From positions 1,759,715 through 1,823,714 of the forward strand of contig OY781873.1 in assembly GCA_963677075.1 (NCBI GenBank): a stretch of DNA of 64,000 nucleotides. Reading direction: 5' to 3'. The stretch is from an uncultured Sphaerochaeta sp. (GTDB lineage Bacteria > Spirochaetota > Spirochaetia > Sphaerochaetales > Sphaerochaetaceae). Each line of letters begins with the position of its first letter. The stretch's first letter is position 1. Made by a program: the position numbers and the translations under genes. Shown here piece after piece: positions 9,585-18,686 of this stretch. The notes under the pieces are model-generated. The model was not told the origin of the DNA. It made no database searches and was given only the letters and a program-made list of their open reading frames with translations.

Positions 9585-11811
9585 GATGGGTTTTCTCCTG
9601 TTCAAGATGGAGGATTGCCTCAGATGGAGCCAGTGGCTTATTGAAAAGGTAACCTTGAAGCAAGTCACATTGTGCATTCTCAAGCCATTGTTTTTGTTCT
9701 GTTGTTTCCACTCCCTCTGCTACGACTTTTTTCCCAAGATGATGCGCCATGGAGATGATGTCCGAAACGAGATCACGTTCCGATTCTTCTGAGAGAGCCA
9801 TGACAAAGAGTCTATCCAGTTTCAGTATGTCGATTTCCAGTGAGCCCAATCGGGAGAGGGAAGAGAAGCCTGTTCCGAAGTCGTCGATGGAGATACTTAT
9901 TCCAAGCTGGCGTAGCTCCTTCAGCCTTTTGGCAATAAGGTTGAGGTCTTGCGAGAAGATCGATTCTGTCAGTTCCAACTCAACTTGGTAGAGATTGATT
10001 TGTTTTCTTTCAGCCAACTCCTGGAGTTTGCTCGTAAAATTCTCTCCAATCATCTGCAGTGCCGATACATTTATTGCTACATTAACATTCCCGTCAAAAC
10101 GTTCCTGGATGGTTTGGAGGAAATCTGTGGCAAGGTCAATGATCTTGTCCCCTAGGGGGACCATGAGTCCTCTTTGTTCTGCCAAAGTGATGAACTCCAT
10201 AGGTGAGATCACCCCCAGGTTCTGGCTCTTCATTCTCGCGAGTGCCTCGAAACCATGGATCCTTGAGTCTCTTGCCTCAACAATTGGTTGGAAGGCGAGC
10301 GAGAGTATTCCCTCCTCTCCCCTGATGGCCCGTTTAAGTTCCTGCTCAATGGTATCCTTCCGTAAGAGCGACTCTTCCATGCTGTTGTCATATTGTTGGA
10401 TGAAGATTTCATCAGTGGTGGCATGCAAAGCAATGGATGCTTGCTTGATGAGCAAGGAAGGATCATGTCCAGCGGTATCGGTTGTTGCAATACCAATGGA
10501 GAACTCCAAGGAACTGACATCCTGGTATTGGGTGGCAAGCAGACGTAATGAACCGATAAGTGTATCTATCTGCTTCTCGCTTGATTGGGAATGCATCAAG
10601 ATAATAAAACGATCATCGGAGATGCGGAAGGCCTGAAGACTTGCTTGCCTATGCTGGAGCGCTGAGAGTACATCAGCTATATGAATCAACACTTCGTTAC
10701 CATAGGAATACCCATACAGGATATTTATCGCCTTGAAATTTCTCGGGTTAAGCATAAGACACGTCAATGACGTGCCTTGTGACTCGCTTATGAACTCATT
10801 GAAATACCGGTGGTTTGGAAGTCCTGTCAATTCATCATGGTAAGCGATGGTGACGATATGCTTGTTCTTGCGGTAGGTGTGCAAGATGGAGTAGCAGAAG
10901 AGGAGAAAGAACAATCCCAGTGTTATGCTGATAACAAGCACAAGTCCAGCTAACAGGTTCTCTGCCATGCGCATATCGTAAAAGAGTAACAAGGAACCAC
11001 TCAGTACCTCCTTCACATGTATAGGCATGCGAAATACAAGATAGGGAGTTCCTGCCCACTCAATATTCCGGTATTCACCAAAGAGGACCGGCAAGGAATG
11101 TTTGGTTGCATTGATCATGATCTCATTATAGTCAGGCAAGGAGGAGGCGATGATCTTCCCCTCATTATCAACATATACAATTTGTGTGTGGTTGTCATAC
11201 TTCATCAGTTCGTTTATCAAGTACTGTGGATCAAACTGGGCGTACAACTCGCTGATATTCTCTGCTCGCAGTCCAACTTGTACCATCCTGTTGTCGGGAA
11301 ACCGGTAATAACCATATTTATACAAGATTCCGGAAACAGTATCTTGCCTGATACCCTCTACGAAATTTCGCATCCCACTCTTATGGAAGTTTTGGATCGG
11401 ATGTCCTTCCTCCGCTTTCCATCCAATATAGGTGTTGTCACTGGAGTGGGTAAGTAAAAGGTCTTGATTGTAGAGATAGATGACGTCCACATCTAGATCC
11501 TCGGCAAACTCTGCAAGAACATCATTGGTAAAGGGTTCTGAATATTTACTGAGCCGCACCCCAGCAACATTCAGGGTGCTCCTCATCTGTTGGTCAAGCT
11601 GGTACTCCGCATCAATGACAATGCCGAGGCTCTCTGCATAGCCTCTTGCAAGCAGGGAAGCTTCCTTGACTTTCTCCTGGAAGTAGAATTGCCTCGCAAT
11701 GGAGGTCATGTACAGGCCAGCGGCAAAAAAAAGTACCAGAATGAGAATAATTGGTATGATGACGGAGCGTTTAGAAATTCCACCCCTCTTTTTCAGGAAT
11801 GAGCCTTGCAC
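9577..11811 (-). CDS. Membrane sensor with degenerate GGDEF and EAL phosphodiesterase domain
   Basis: Two TM segments; GGDEF replaced by SDDRF; FEALAR, IDDFGTGFSSL, VAEGVET. Confidence 0.9.
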   Translation of the reverse strand: MQGSFLKKRGGISKRSVIIPIILILVLFFAAGLYMTSIARQFYFQEKVKEASLLARGYAESLGIVIDAEYQLDQQMRSTLNVAGVRLSKYSEPFTNDVLAEFAEDLDVDVIYLYNQDLLLTHSSDNTYIGWKAEEGHPIQNFHKSGMRNFVEGIRQDTVSGILYKYGYYRFPDNRMVQVGLRAENISELYAQFDPQYLINELMKYDNHTQIVYVDNEGKIIASSLPDYNEIMINATKHSLPVLFGEYRNIEWAGTPYLVFRMPIHVKEVLSGSLLLFYDMRMAENLLAGLVLVISITLGLFFLLFCYSILHTYRKNKHIVTIAYHDELTGLPNHRYFNEFISESQGTSLTCLMLNPRNFKAINILYGYSYGNEVLIHIADVLSALQHRQASLQAFRISDDRFIILMHSQSSEKQIDTLIGSLRLLATQYQDVSSLEFSIGIATTDTAGHDPSLLIKQASIALHATTDEIFIQQYDNSMEESLLRKDTIEQELKRAIRGEEGILSLAFQPIVEARDSRIHGFEALARMKSQNLGVISPMEFITLAEQRGLMVPLGDKIIDLATDFLQTIQERFDGNVNVAINVSALQMIGENFTSKLQELAERKQINLYQVELELTESIFSQDLNLIAKRLKELRQLGISISIDDFGTGFSSLSRLGSLEIDILKLDRLFVMALSEESERDLVSDIISMAHHLGKKVVAEGVETTEQKQWLENAQCDLLQGYLFNKPLAPSEAILHLEQEKTHHA

Positions 11812-11879
11812 ACTTCCTCCTCATTGGTCTCATAAAGGTACCACCAGCGATGATACGAGTCAACAAAACAGATCTCCTC

Positions 11880-12935
11880 TCAGTGCGCTTTTCCAATACA
11901 ATGGAGAAATGCCGTGGTATAGGAGAGGGTCCCCGTAGGGCAGGCATCCACGCAGTGCCCACAGCCAACACATTGGTCACTGATAATCGGTTTACCGTGG
12001 ATTGCCCGTTCCTTGATGGAAATCGAAAGTGGGCAGGCCTTGTCACATGCACCACAACCAATACAATGAGTCTTTCCTGATTCAATGCGCATTCTTCCAA
12101 GTCGGGAAAGGAATGACAATACTGTTCCCAATGGACAAAGATGGCAGTATAAGCGTCCAACAGAAACAACCCAGAAAGCCATGGCAAGTATTAGGTTTGC
12201 CAATAGATACCAGAAGAGTTCCAACACTCTTACTGTCTGCGTGGTGGTACTGGAGAACCCAATAGTGGGGACAACCAGCCAGAAGCCGGTAAAGAAGAGA
12301 GCAATAAGGAGATACACAATCCTGATGGAACGAAGGTGTTTGAGTGTTCTCTTTTTGAGAGGATGGTGGACCTTGGTCAAGAGAGGAATCGCGGGGTCAA
12401 ATACCTCGGCAGCAAAGCCGTTGAACAGACAGAGATGGGAACAATGGAGACGTCGGCCAAAGAGGACTGTGCTTATACCGATGAGCGTGCTGTAGACCCA
12501 AAAGAAGGTAATTGCCCACCCAATCCCATCCAAACCCAGGGTCGCCTGATGGCTTTGGGCAAATGAAGAGCTGGGAATACCTGCCTGCAATGGTATGGTT
12601 GTCCAGGGGAGGGGCATGGCAAAAAAATAGAGTTCAGGATTGCCGGTGAACAAGGGCAGGAGTATATGGATCATGAGGGCACTAAGGGTGAATCCGATGA
12701 AATTTTTCAACCTCATACCCGCTCTCTCTTTTCGCTTGGCAATACGATAGGTGAGGAAGCCGCATACTACGATGAGAAATGTCTTGAACTGGTTCTCATA
12801 GAAATGCCACCAGGGAGCGACCCGTTCTGCTACCTCGGGAGATCCCCCTTGGTTTAGTGAGGCCAGTACCAGAGAGAACAGTATATAGAGGGCCAATACT
12901 ATCTGAAGAGCCCTGACTTCCCTGGACTGCTTCAT
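11880..12935 (-). CDS. NapH/YccM-like 4Fe-4S membrane protein
   Basis: Multiple TMs, CSHLC and CHLCP motifs, two CxxCxxCxxxCP ferredoxin motifs. Confidence 0.85.
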   Translation of the reverse strand: MKQSREVRALQIVLALYILFSLVLASLNQGGSPEVAERVAPWWHFYENQFKTFLIVVCGFLTYRIAKRKERAGMRLKNFIGFTLSALMIHILLPLFTGNPELYFFAMPLPWTTIPLQAGIPSSSFAQSHQATLGLDGIGWAITFFWVYSTLIGISTVLFGRRLHCSHLCLFNGFAAEVFDPAIPLLTKVHHPLKKRTLKHLRSIRIVYLLIALFFTGFWLVVPTIGFSSTTTQTVRVLELFWYLLANLILAMAFWVVSVGRLYCHLCPLGTVLSFLSRLGRMRIESGKTHCIGCGACDKACPLSISIKERAIHGKPIISDQCVGCGHCVDACPTGTLSYTTAFLHCIGKAH

Positions 12936-13693
12936 GCCACAGGTTGCCTCTTACGAAGGAGAAATACCCCGAAAGAGATGGCAAAAGCTGCAATTGCAAT
13001 TGCTGTCACCGTCAGGATCAAGGGATATTCACCATTGAATCCTTCCTTGGATGTATGTTTGATCATGATGCCGGTGTATGCCCAGACCAAGGTAAGCAGG
13101 TATGCTGGATCACGACGGCGGAATGCCCAAGAGAGAGCGATCAATACTCCTACCACGAGGATTATTGCTGTCCATGTCATCTCGCTGATTCCCCATCCCG
13201 ACCAACCGATGGAGACAAGGAAGGTAGTGACGTTTGCAATGGTGGCTACGGTAATCCAACCAAGGTACACAGAGAAAGGAACCGAGAGAGCCCAATAAGA
13301 GTATCTATCCATGGATGTATGGTCGATCAAGTCATTGATCCTGATCAAACAGACAAGCAGTATCAGCATCAAGAGCAGTGAGAGTCCAATCATTTGATAG
13401 TGCCAGGAGAAAAGCCATGCAATGTTGACCACACTTGAGACCGAGAAAATGATTTGAATGCTCTCATCTCCCTTCCTGAACTGGTAGAACGTATGCAGGG
13501 CGAGCAGCATGTAAATGACTCCCCAGATGGAGAATGTGATTCCTGCAGGTGCAAACAGATTGGGATAGGAATCAGAAACCTCACCGGTGCCCATGCCACC
13601 AATGGGGAGGATGTTTGCCAATGCATTTACCGTAATCATTGCAAGATACGTGAGTGCAACAAGAAAAGCCAAGCCTTTTGCCCGTTTGTTCAT
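12932..13693 (-). CDS. TspO-like tryptophan-rich membrane protein
   Basis: FAPAGITFSIWGVIY, YLGWITVATIAN. Confidence 0.75.
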   Translation of the reverse strand: MNKRAKGLAFLVALTYLAMITVNALANILPIGGMGTGEVSDSYPNLFAPAGITFSIWGVIYMLLALHTFYQFRKGDESIQIIFSVSSVVNIAWLFSWHYQMIGLSLLLMLILLVCLIRINDLIDHTSMDRYSYWALSVPFSVYLGWITVATIANVTTFLVSIGWSGWGISEMTWTAIILVVGVLIALSWAFRRRDPAYLLTLVWAYTGIMIKHTSKEGFNGEYPLILTVTAIAIAAFAISFGVFLLRKRQPVA

Positions 13694-13869
13694 AGAAGCC
13701 TCCTATGGGATCATCTGCCATTAGTGTAGGGTAAGGAAGTGCATCCGTCAAAAGAAATGGAGATTTATAGTCAATTAGGTTATACTGATAGGCAAGTTAG
13801 GAGGAATGATAAAAAGTCAGTAGGTGGTTACTGAGGCTCTGTCTGAAGGGTGTATCATTATAGATACAA

Positions 13870-14037
13870 GGTTGGAAGACAGAGTAGGTGCAAGTTCGAC
13901 ATGTTTGATGGTCGTAAGAGGCCGATTAGGAGAATGAAGAGTTTGTACCGAATCATTCAATGGTCACCGTCAGCGATGGCGGATAGGCCGGATAGGAGAT
14001 TGGACGGAATCACCGAACGGAAGCTGTCTTGCCGACC
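13870..14037 (+). ncRNA. Candidate IS110 bridge RNA
   Basis: 13-bp closing stem (13870-13882 with 14024-14037) and inner stems (GAATGA 13932-13937 / TCATTC 13953-13958) upstream of the transposase. Confidence 0.5.
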
Positions 14038-14058
14038 AAAGCACAAGGAGGCCTTGAG

Positions 14059-15192
14059 ATGGGCAACAAGCAGCGAGAAGAGAAGATTGAACAGTTGAGC
14101 GTAGGGGTCGACCTGCACAAGAGCCAGCTCACCATCTGTGTGATGGGAGAGGACGGGGAGCTGTTGGAGGAAGGGATGTACCGGACCACGACGGAGGGCT
14201 ACCAGGCATTTGTGCAGAGGATGCATGAGTGGGAGGACGAGCGGGGATGCTCGGTCGCCATGGCGGTGGAGACCACCGGCAATGCACGGTACTTCAAGAA
14301 CCGGATGGAAGGCGAGGGGTTCTCCGTGGTTGTGGTGAACACCAACAAGTTCAAGGTGATCAGCCAGAGCACCAAGAAGAACGACAGAGGGGATGCTGCA
14401 ACGCTGGCCTACTACCTGGGCAAGGACATGCTGCCGGAAAGCCACCTGGCGGACCAGAGCAGCGAGGAGCTCAGGAGGATGATCAAGTGCAGGAGCCTTT
14501 TGGTGAGCAGCACGGTGAAGATGAAGAACCAGATCCACGGGATGCTGCTCGGCTACGGGATCACGACCAAGGCAGCCCAGCTGCAGAGCAATAAAAAGCG
14601 GCAGGCCCTGGTTAAAGATCTCGCGGATCAAGGTTTTACAGAGGCCGCCGCATCACTCGAGGTGATACTTGGCATTATAGAAGGTGTGCAGGAGCAAATC
14701 AAGGTCCTGGAGAAGCGCCTTCGGGAGATGACCAGGGACGACGAGGATGTGCAGCTGCTGATGACCATCCCGGGTGTCGGGTTCCTGACGGCCAGCGCGA
14801 TCGCCGCCTACACCAAGGACCTGGACAAGAGGTTCTGCGGGGATTTCAAGCGATTCGCCTCGTACGTGTGCATCGTGCCCTCGGTGCACAACTCCAACGA
14901 GACGGTGCACATGGGCAGGATAACCAAGCACGGCCCGCAGGAGCTGAGAACAGCACTCGTGCAGGCCACAATGGGCATGATACGGCTCTCCAAGATAACC
15001 GGTGAATGGAGGCTGATGACCGATTACCGGGCAATGAAGACGGGCAAGGGTTCCGGCAAGTCAATCATTGCAACGACCAGGAAATTGGCGAGAATCATCT
15101 TTGCCATGCTCCACAACAGGGAACCGTTCAATCCAGCCTTGATGGTGAGGAACAAGTGTCTGTTCACCGTCGAGGAGGTCATAGGGGCTTGA
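14059..15192 (+). CDS. IS110-family DEDD transposase/recombinase
   Basis: GVDLHK, AVETTG, KNDRGDA (D-E-D-D); IPGVGFLTA; IVPSVHNSN retains the C-terminal Ser; AAGGAGG RBS. Confidence 0.95.
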   Translation: MGNKQREEKIEQLSVGVDLHKSQLTICVMGEDGELLEEGMYRTTTEGYQAFVQRMHEWEDERGCSVAMAVETTGNARYFKNRMEGEGFSVVVVNTNKFKVISQSTKKNDRGDAATLAYYLGKDMLPESHLADQSSEELRRMIKCRSLLVSSTVKMKNQIHGMLLGYGITTKAAQLQSNKKRQALVKDLADQGFTEAAASLEVILGIIEGVQEQIKVLEKRLREMTRDDEDVQLLMTIPGVGFLTASAIAAYTKDLDKRFCGDFKRFASYVCIVPSVHNSNETVHMGRITKHGPQELRTALVQATMGMIRLSKITGEWRLMTDYRAMKTGKGSGKSIIATTRKLARIIFAMLHNREPFNPALMVRNKCLFTVEEVIGA

Positions 15193-15270
15193 CTTGACAG
15201 CTCCTATAGTAAAACAAACAAAGGTTAGCAGTTTCCTAACTTTACTGTTGACTTTTTATAGGAGGTATGT

Positions 15271-16296
15271 ATGTATACACCGAAAACAGAACGATATGAT
15301 TCAATGAAATACAACCGCTGTGGAAAGAGCGGATTGCAGCTACCTGCCATCTCTTTGGGGCTCTGGCATAACTTCGGAGACCAGACGTCCCTCTCTAATG
15401 CAAGAAAGATGCTTCATACAGCATTTGATCTTGGCATCACACACTTTGACCTGGCAAATAACTATGGGCCACCTCCGGGGTCTGCTGAGCTGAATTTCGG
15501 CAAGTTGCTTGCCCAGGATTTTCGCTCTCACCGTGACGAACTCATCATTTCCAGTAAGGCAGGGTATTTGATGTGGCCCGGTCCCTACGGGGAGTGGGGG
15601 AGCAGGAAATACCTTCTCAGCAGCCTTGACGCTTCCTTGAAGAGAATGGGGCTGGACTATGTCGATATCTTCTATAGTCACCGTTACGATCCTGATACTC
15701 CACTTGAAGAGACCATGGGAGCTCTTGCTTCCGCATATAAGATGGGCAAGTGCCTGTATGTCGGGATCTCTTCCTATTCCGCAGAGAAGACGAGAGAGGC
15801 ACATGCTATCCTGAAGGATATGGGAGTTCCTCTCTTGATTCATCAACCGTCCTATTCAATGCTGAACCGTTGGGTGGAAGAGTCATTGCTTTCCACACTG
15901 GATGAGTTGGGAGTAGGGACCATCTGTTTCTCTCCACTTGCACAAGGCATGTTAACCGATAAGTATCTGGGAGAAATTCCTGAAGATAGCAGAGCGGCAA
16001 GAAAGGGTAGTTCTCTGAGTGAGCAAATGCTGACAAAGGAAAACCTTGAGAATATCCGGTCACTTAATGCAATCGCACAGGAACGTGGACAAAGCCTCGC
16101 TCAGATGGCGCTTGCATGGTGCATGAGACGTAAAGAGATCACCAGTGTGCTTATTGGTGCCAGTTCGCCTGAACAGATTAAGGAAAATGTCGCAACCCTC
16201 GAGAACCTGGATTTCAGTGATGAGGAACTTAAGCGGATTGATTCCTTTGCAAAGGAAGGAAATATAAACCTTTGGGCAAGGTCAAGCAATAATTGA
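15271..16296 (+). CDS. gpr: Aldo/keto reductase, L-glyceraldehyde-3-phosphate reductase type
   Basis: LPAISLGLWHNFG, THFDLANNYGPPPGSAE, ISSKAGYLMWPGPYGEWGSRKYL. Confidence 0.9.
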   Translation: MYTPKTERYDSMKYNRCGKSGLQLPAISLGLWHNFGDQTSLSNARKMLHTAFDLGITHFDLANNYGPPPGSAELNFGKLLAQDFRSHRDELIISSKAGYLMWPGPYGEWGSRKYLLSSLDASLKRMGLDYVDIFYSHRYDPDTPLEETMGALASAYKMGKCLYVGISSYSAEKTREAHAILKDMGVPLLIHQPSYSMLNRWVEESLLSTLDELGVGTICFSPLAQGMLTDKYLGEIPEDSRAARKGSSLSEQMLTKENLENIRSLNAIAQERGQSLAQMALAWCMRRKEITSVLIGASSPEQIKENVATLENLDFSDEELKRIDSFAKEGNINLWARSSNN

Positions 16297-16321
16297 CATT
16301 TGTATCGGCTTCTGTTATATT
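16293..16321 (+). promoter_or_regulatory. Sigma70 promoter of the gpx-marR-blc operon
   Basis: TTGACA-17 nt-TATATT, 30 nt upstream of the gpx start. Confidence 0.65.
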
Positions 16322-16351
16322 GTACCCAACTTAATTAGGAGAAACAAGCCT

Positions 16352-16828
16352 ATGGCGACAGTATACGATTTCAAAGCCGTGAAGAATGATCAGGTTGAAT
16401 TGGATTTTTCCTCTCTGAAGGGGAAGACCCTGCTGATTGTGAACACCGCAAGTAAGTGTGGGTTTACTCCTCAGTATGAGGAGCTCGAGAAACTGCATCA
16501 ACAGTATAAGGACCGTTCACTGGTAGTGATCGGATTTCCTTGCGACCAATTTGCACACCAAGAGCCGGGTAGTGATGCAGATATCAAGGAATTCTGTTCA
16601 ATCAACTATGGGGTGACTTTTCCCCTTATGAGCAAGGTGAAGGTGAATGGAAAGGAAGCCCATCCCCTCTTTGTTTGGCTGAAAAAGCAAGCTCCAGGAG
16701 CTCTTGGAGGGACGGTTAAATGGAATTTTACCAAATTCCTGGTGGAGAAGGATGGGGTAACGGTACATCGTTACGCCCCAAAAGATTCTCCTCTTGCCAT
16801 TATCCCGAAGCTTGAGGAGGTGCTGTGA
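16352..16828 (+). CDS. gpx: Glutathione peroxidase family (Cys type)
   Basis: VNTASKCGFTPQY, GFPCDQFAHQEPG, WNFTKFL. Confidence 0.95.
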   Translation: MATVYDFKAVKNDQVELDFSSLKGKTLLIVNTASKCGFTPQYEELEKLHQQYKDRSLVVIGFPCDQFAHQEPGSDADIKEFCSINYGVTFPLMSKVKVNGKEAHPLFVWLKKQAPGALGGTVKWNFTKFLVEKDGVTVHRYAPKDSPLAIIPKLEEVL

Positions 16829-17301
16829 TGGCTTATCCACAACTACTGCTTTCAAACCAACTCTGTTTCCGATTCTATGCCTTGGAACGGGAACTGATGG
16901 CTGCTTACCGCCCACTACTCAATCACCTGGGACTGACCTATGCCCAGTACATCACCATGCTCTACCTCTGGGAACATGAAGAGGGTACGGTAGGTGAACT
17001 CTGTACTGCACTCAGCCTGGATACAGGGACGATGAGTCCGCTTTTAAAGAGGTTGGAGAGCTCAGGTATGATCGAGAGACATAGACTGCCAAGTGATGAG
17101 CGAACCGTGATGGTCCAACTTACTGACAAAGGAAGGGAACTGGAGCAGAAAGCTATCTCTGTCCCTGAGCATATTGCCTCCTGCTTACTCTCAAACGACA
17201 AGAGTGAACAGGGAAGAAAGTATCAGGCACTGAAAGAGATGCTTGATGAGACACTCACTCAACTGAAGGATTCCCGCAATGAACGGGAACAAGAAAGGTA
17301 G
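16828..17301 (+). CDS. MarR-family regulator, OhrR-like
   Basis: QLCFRFY redox Cys, LDTGTMSPLLKRLE, DER. Confidence 0.9.
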   Translation: MAYPQLLLSNQLCFRFYALERELMAAYRPLLNHLGLTYAQYITMLYLWEHEEGTVGELCTALSLDTGTMSPLLKRLESSGMIERHRLPSDERTVMVQLTDKGRELEQKAISVPEHIASCLLSNDKSEQGRKYQALKEMLDETLTQLKDSRNEREQER

Positions 17302-17305
17302 GGCG

Positions 17306-17851
17306 ATGAAACGGAAATGCTTGCTCTCCATTGGCGGTATTCTGGCTATGCTTGTCATGCTTACTTCCTGTGCTACAACGGGAAAGTACCCTCCTTTGGA
17401 TACTGTCAGCTCTCTGAATCTTGACCGATATCTGGGTTCCTGGTATGAGATTGCTCGATATCAGCATCGTTTTGAGAAGAACCTGGTGGGGGCAAAAGCT
17501 GATTATTCCCTCAGGGATGATGGCAGAATACAAGTGGTCAATAGCGGTATCAAGGGAGACCTGGAGGGAAAGATCACATCAGTCAAGGCAGTAGCATGGA
17601 GACCTGATGAGGGAGTTCCAGGCCGCTTGAAGGTGCGATTCTTTGGCCTCTTCACCTCCGATTATCTTGTCTTTGGATTGGATGAGAATTACCAGTGGGC
17701 ACTGGTTGGCAGTGATGACCGTGATTTCTTGTGGTTCCTTTCACGTACACCTGAGGTGAATGATGCTACACTCGATGCCATGAAGGCGATTGCCGTAGAA
17801 CAGGGATATGATATGGAAAAGCTCTTCCTGGTTCCCCAGAAAGAGCGTTGA
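17306..17851 (+). CDS. blc: Lipocalin lipoprotein
   Basis: Lipobox LTSC; LDRYLGSWYEIAR; LWFLSRTP. Confidence 0.92.
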   Translation: MKRKCLLSIGGILAMLVMLTSCATTGKYPPLDTVSSLNLDRYLGSWYEIARYQHRFEKNLVGAKADYSLRDDGRIQVVNSGIKGDLEGKITSVKAVAWRPDEGVPGRLKVRFFGLFTSDYLVFGLDENYQWALVGSDDRDFLWFLSRTPEVNDATLDAMKAIAVEQGYDMEKLFLVPQKER

Positions 17852-17873
17852 TTATTGATAATTCGTTTTCGTT

Positions 17874-17910
17874 GGGAAGGTGCTTCTTGTGAGGTGCCTT
17901 CCCGTTTTTT
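17874..17910 (+). terminator. Intrinsic terminator between convergent blc and pflA
   Basis: GGGAAGG...CCTTCCC hairpin followed by T6. Confidence 0.65.
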
Positions 17911-18676
17911 AGCCAACCTTTGTCTGTGAATCTTCATCCTTGTAAGAGGTCATCAGAACATGAAGGCCTTGCTTCTCAAAAATGGAACGTGCCATTGACA
18001 GTTCTTCTCTGGTGGGTTCCTGTACATCTGCCAATGAGTAGGTGAGATGCAATTGCTCCCATTTGTACTGTCCCATGCGATGGTAGGGAAGCAGCTCTAC
18101 CTGCTCAATGCAGCTGAAGGAGGTGAGGAAAGAAGCCAAGTCTTCCAACTTTTTTTCTACCAGCGTCCAGGAAGGGACAAGTACATGACGCAGCCAGACC
18201 CGCTTCTTGATTTTCTGCAGGTAGGAGAGAGTTGCAAGCGTATTGGCATTGCCCATACCGGTAAGGCTGAAGCAGAGTTTATCATCCAGGCTCTTGATAT
18301 CGAGCAAGACCATATCCACTGCATCCAGTACCGGTTTTGAGATTTCCAAGGGAACGCTTCCTGCTGTATCCAATGCCGTGTGGATCCCCTCTCTCTTCAG
18401 ACGGCCTATGAGCTCCAGGGCAAACTCTGGTTGTCTCAGTGGCTCTCCGCCACTGATAGTAACCCCTCCATCCTTGATGAAGTTCTTGTAGCTGAGGATG
18501 TCATGGACCACTTCATCGACACTTTGAGAAGTGCCACCTTTCATGTTCCACGTGTCTGGATTGTGGCAGTATCGACAACGCAGGGAGCATCCCTGCAGAA
18601 AGACGACATACCTGAGTCCCGGTCCGTCCAATGTCCCAAAACTCTCAACACTATGAATGTTTCCCTGTACGCTCAT
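17909..18676 (-). CDS. pflA: Pyruvate formate-lyase activating enzyme
   Basis: ESFGTLDGPGLR, CSLRCRYCHNPDTW radical-SAM motif; follows pflB. Confidence 0.97.
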   Translation of the reverse strand: MSVQGNIHSVESFGTLDGPGLRYVVFLQGCSLRCRYCHNPDTWNMKGGTSQSVDEVVHDILSYKNFIKDGGVTISGGEPLRQPEFALELIGRLKREGIHTALDTAGSVPLEISKPVLDAVDMVLLDIKSLDDKLCFSLTGMGNANTLATLSYLQKIKKRVWLRHVLVPSWTLVEKKLEDLASFLTSFSCIEQVELLPYHRMGQYKWEQLHLTYSLADVQEPTREELSMARSIFEKQGLHVLMTSYKDEDSQTKVG

Positions 18677-18686
18677 ACATACCTCC

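Larger units (their letters stand above)
13766..15210 (+). mobile_element. IS110-family insertion sequence (ends approximate)
   Basis: IS110 transposase with visibly higher GC; long non-coding left end; TTGACA right after the stop; TATAGT at 13766-13771 and 15205-15210; no terminal inverted repeats. Confidence 0.75.

Noticed and set aside
13851-13868. Link between TGTATC in the IS110 left end and the att-arm TGTATC array
   Set aside because: A single hexamer that is part of a local hairpin; expected by chance
16352-16828. Selenocysteine glutathione peroxidase
   Set aside because: Active-site codon is TGT (Cys); no in-frame TGA
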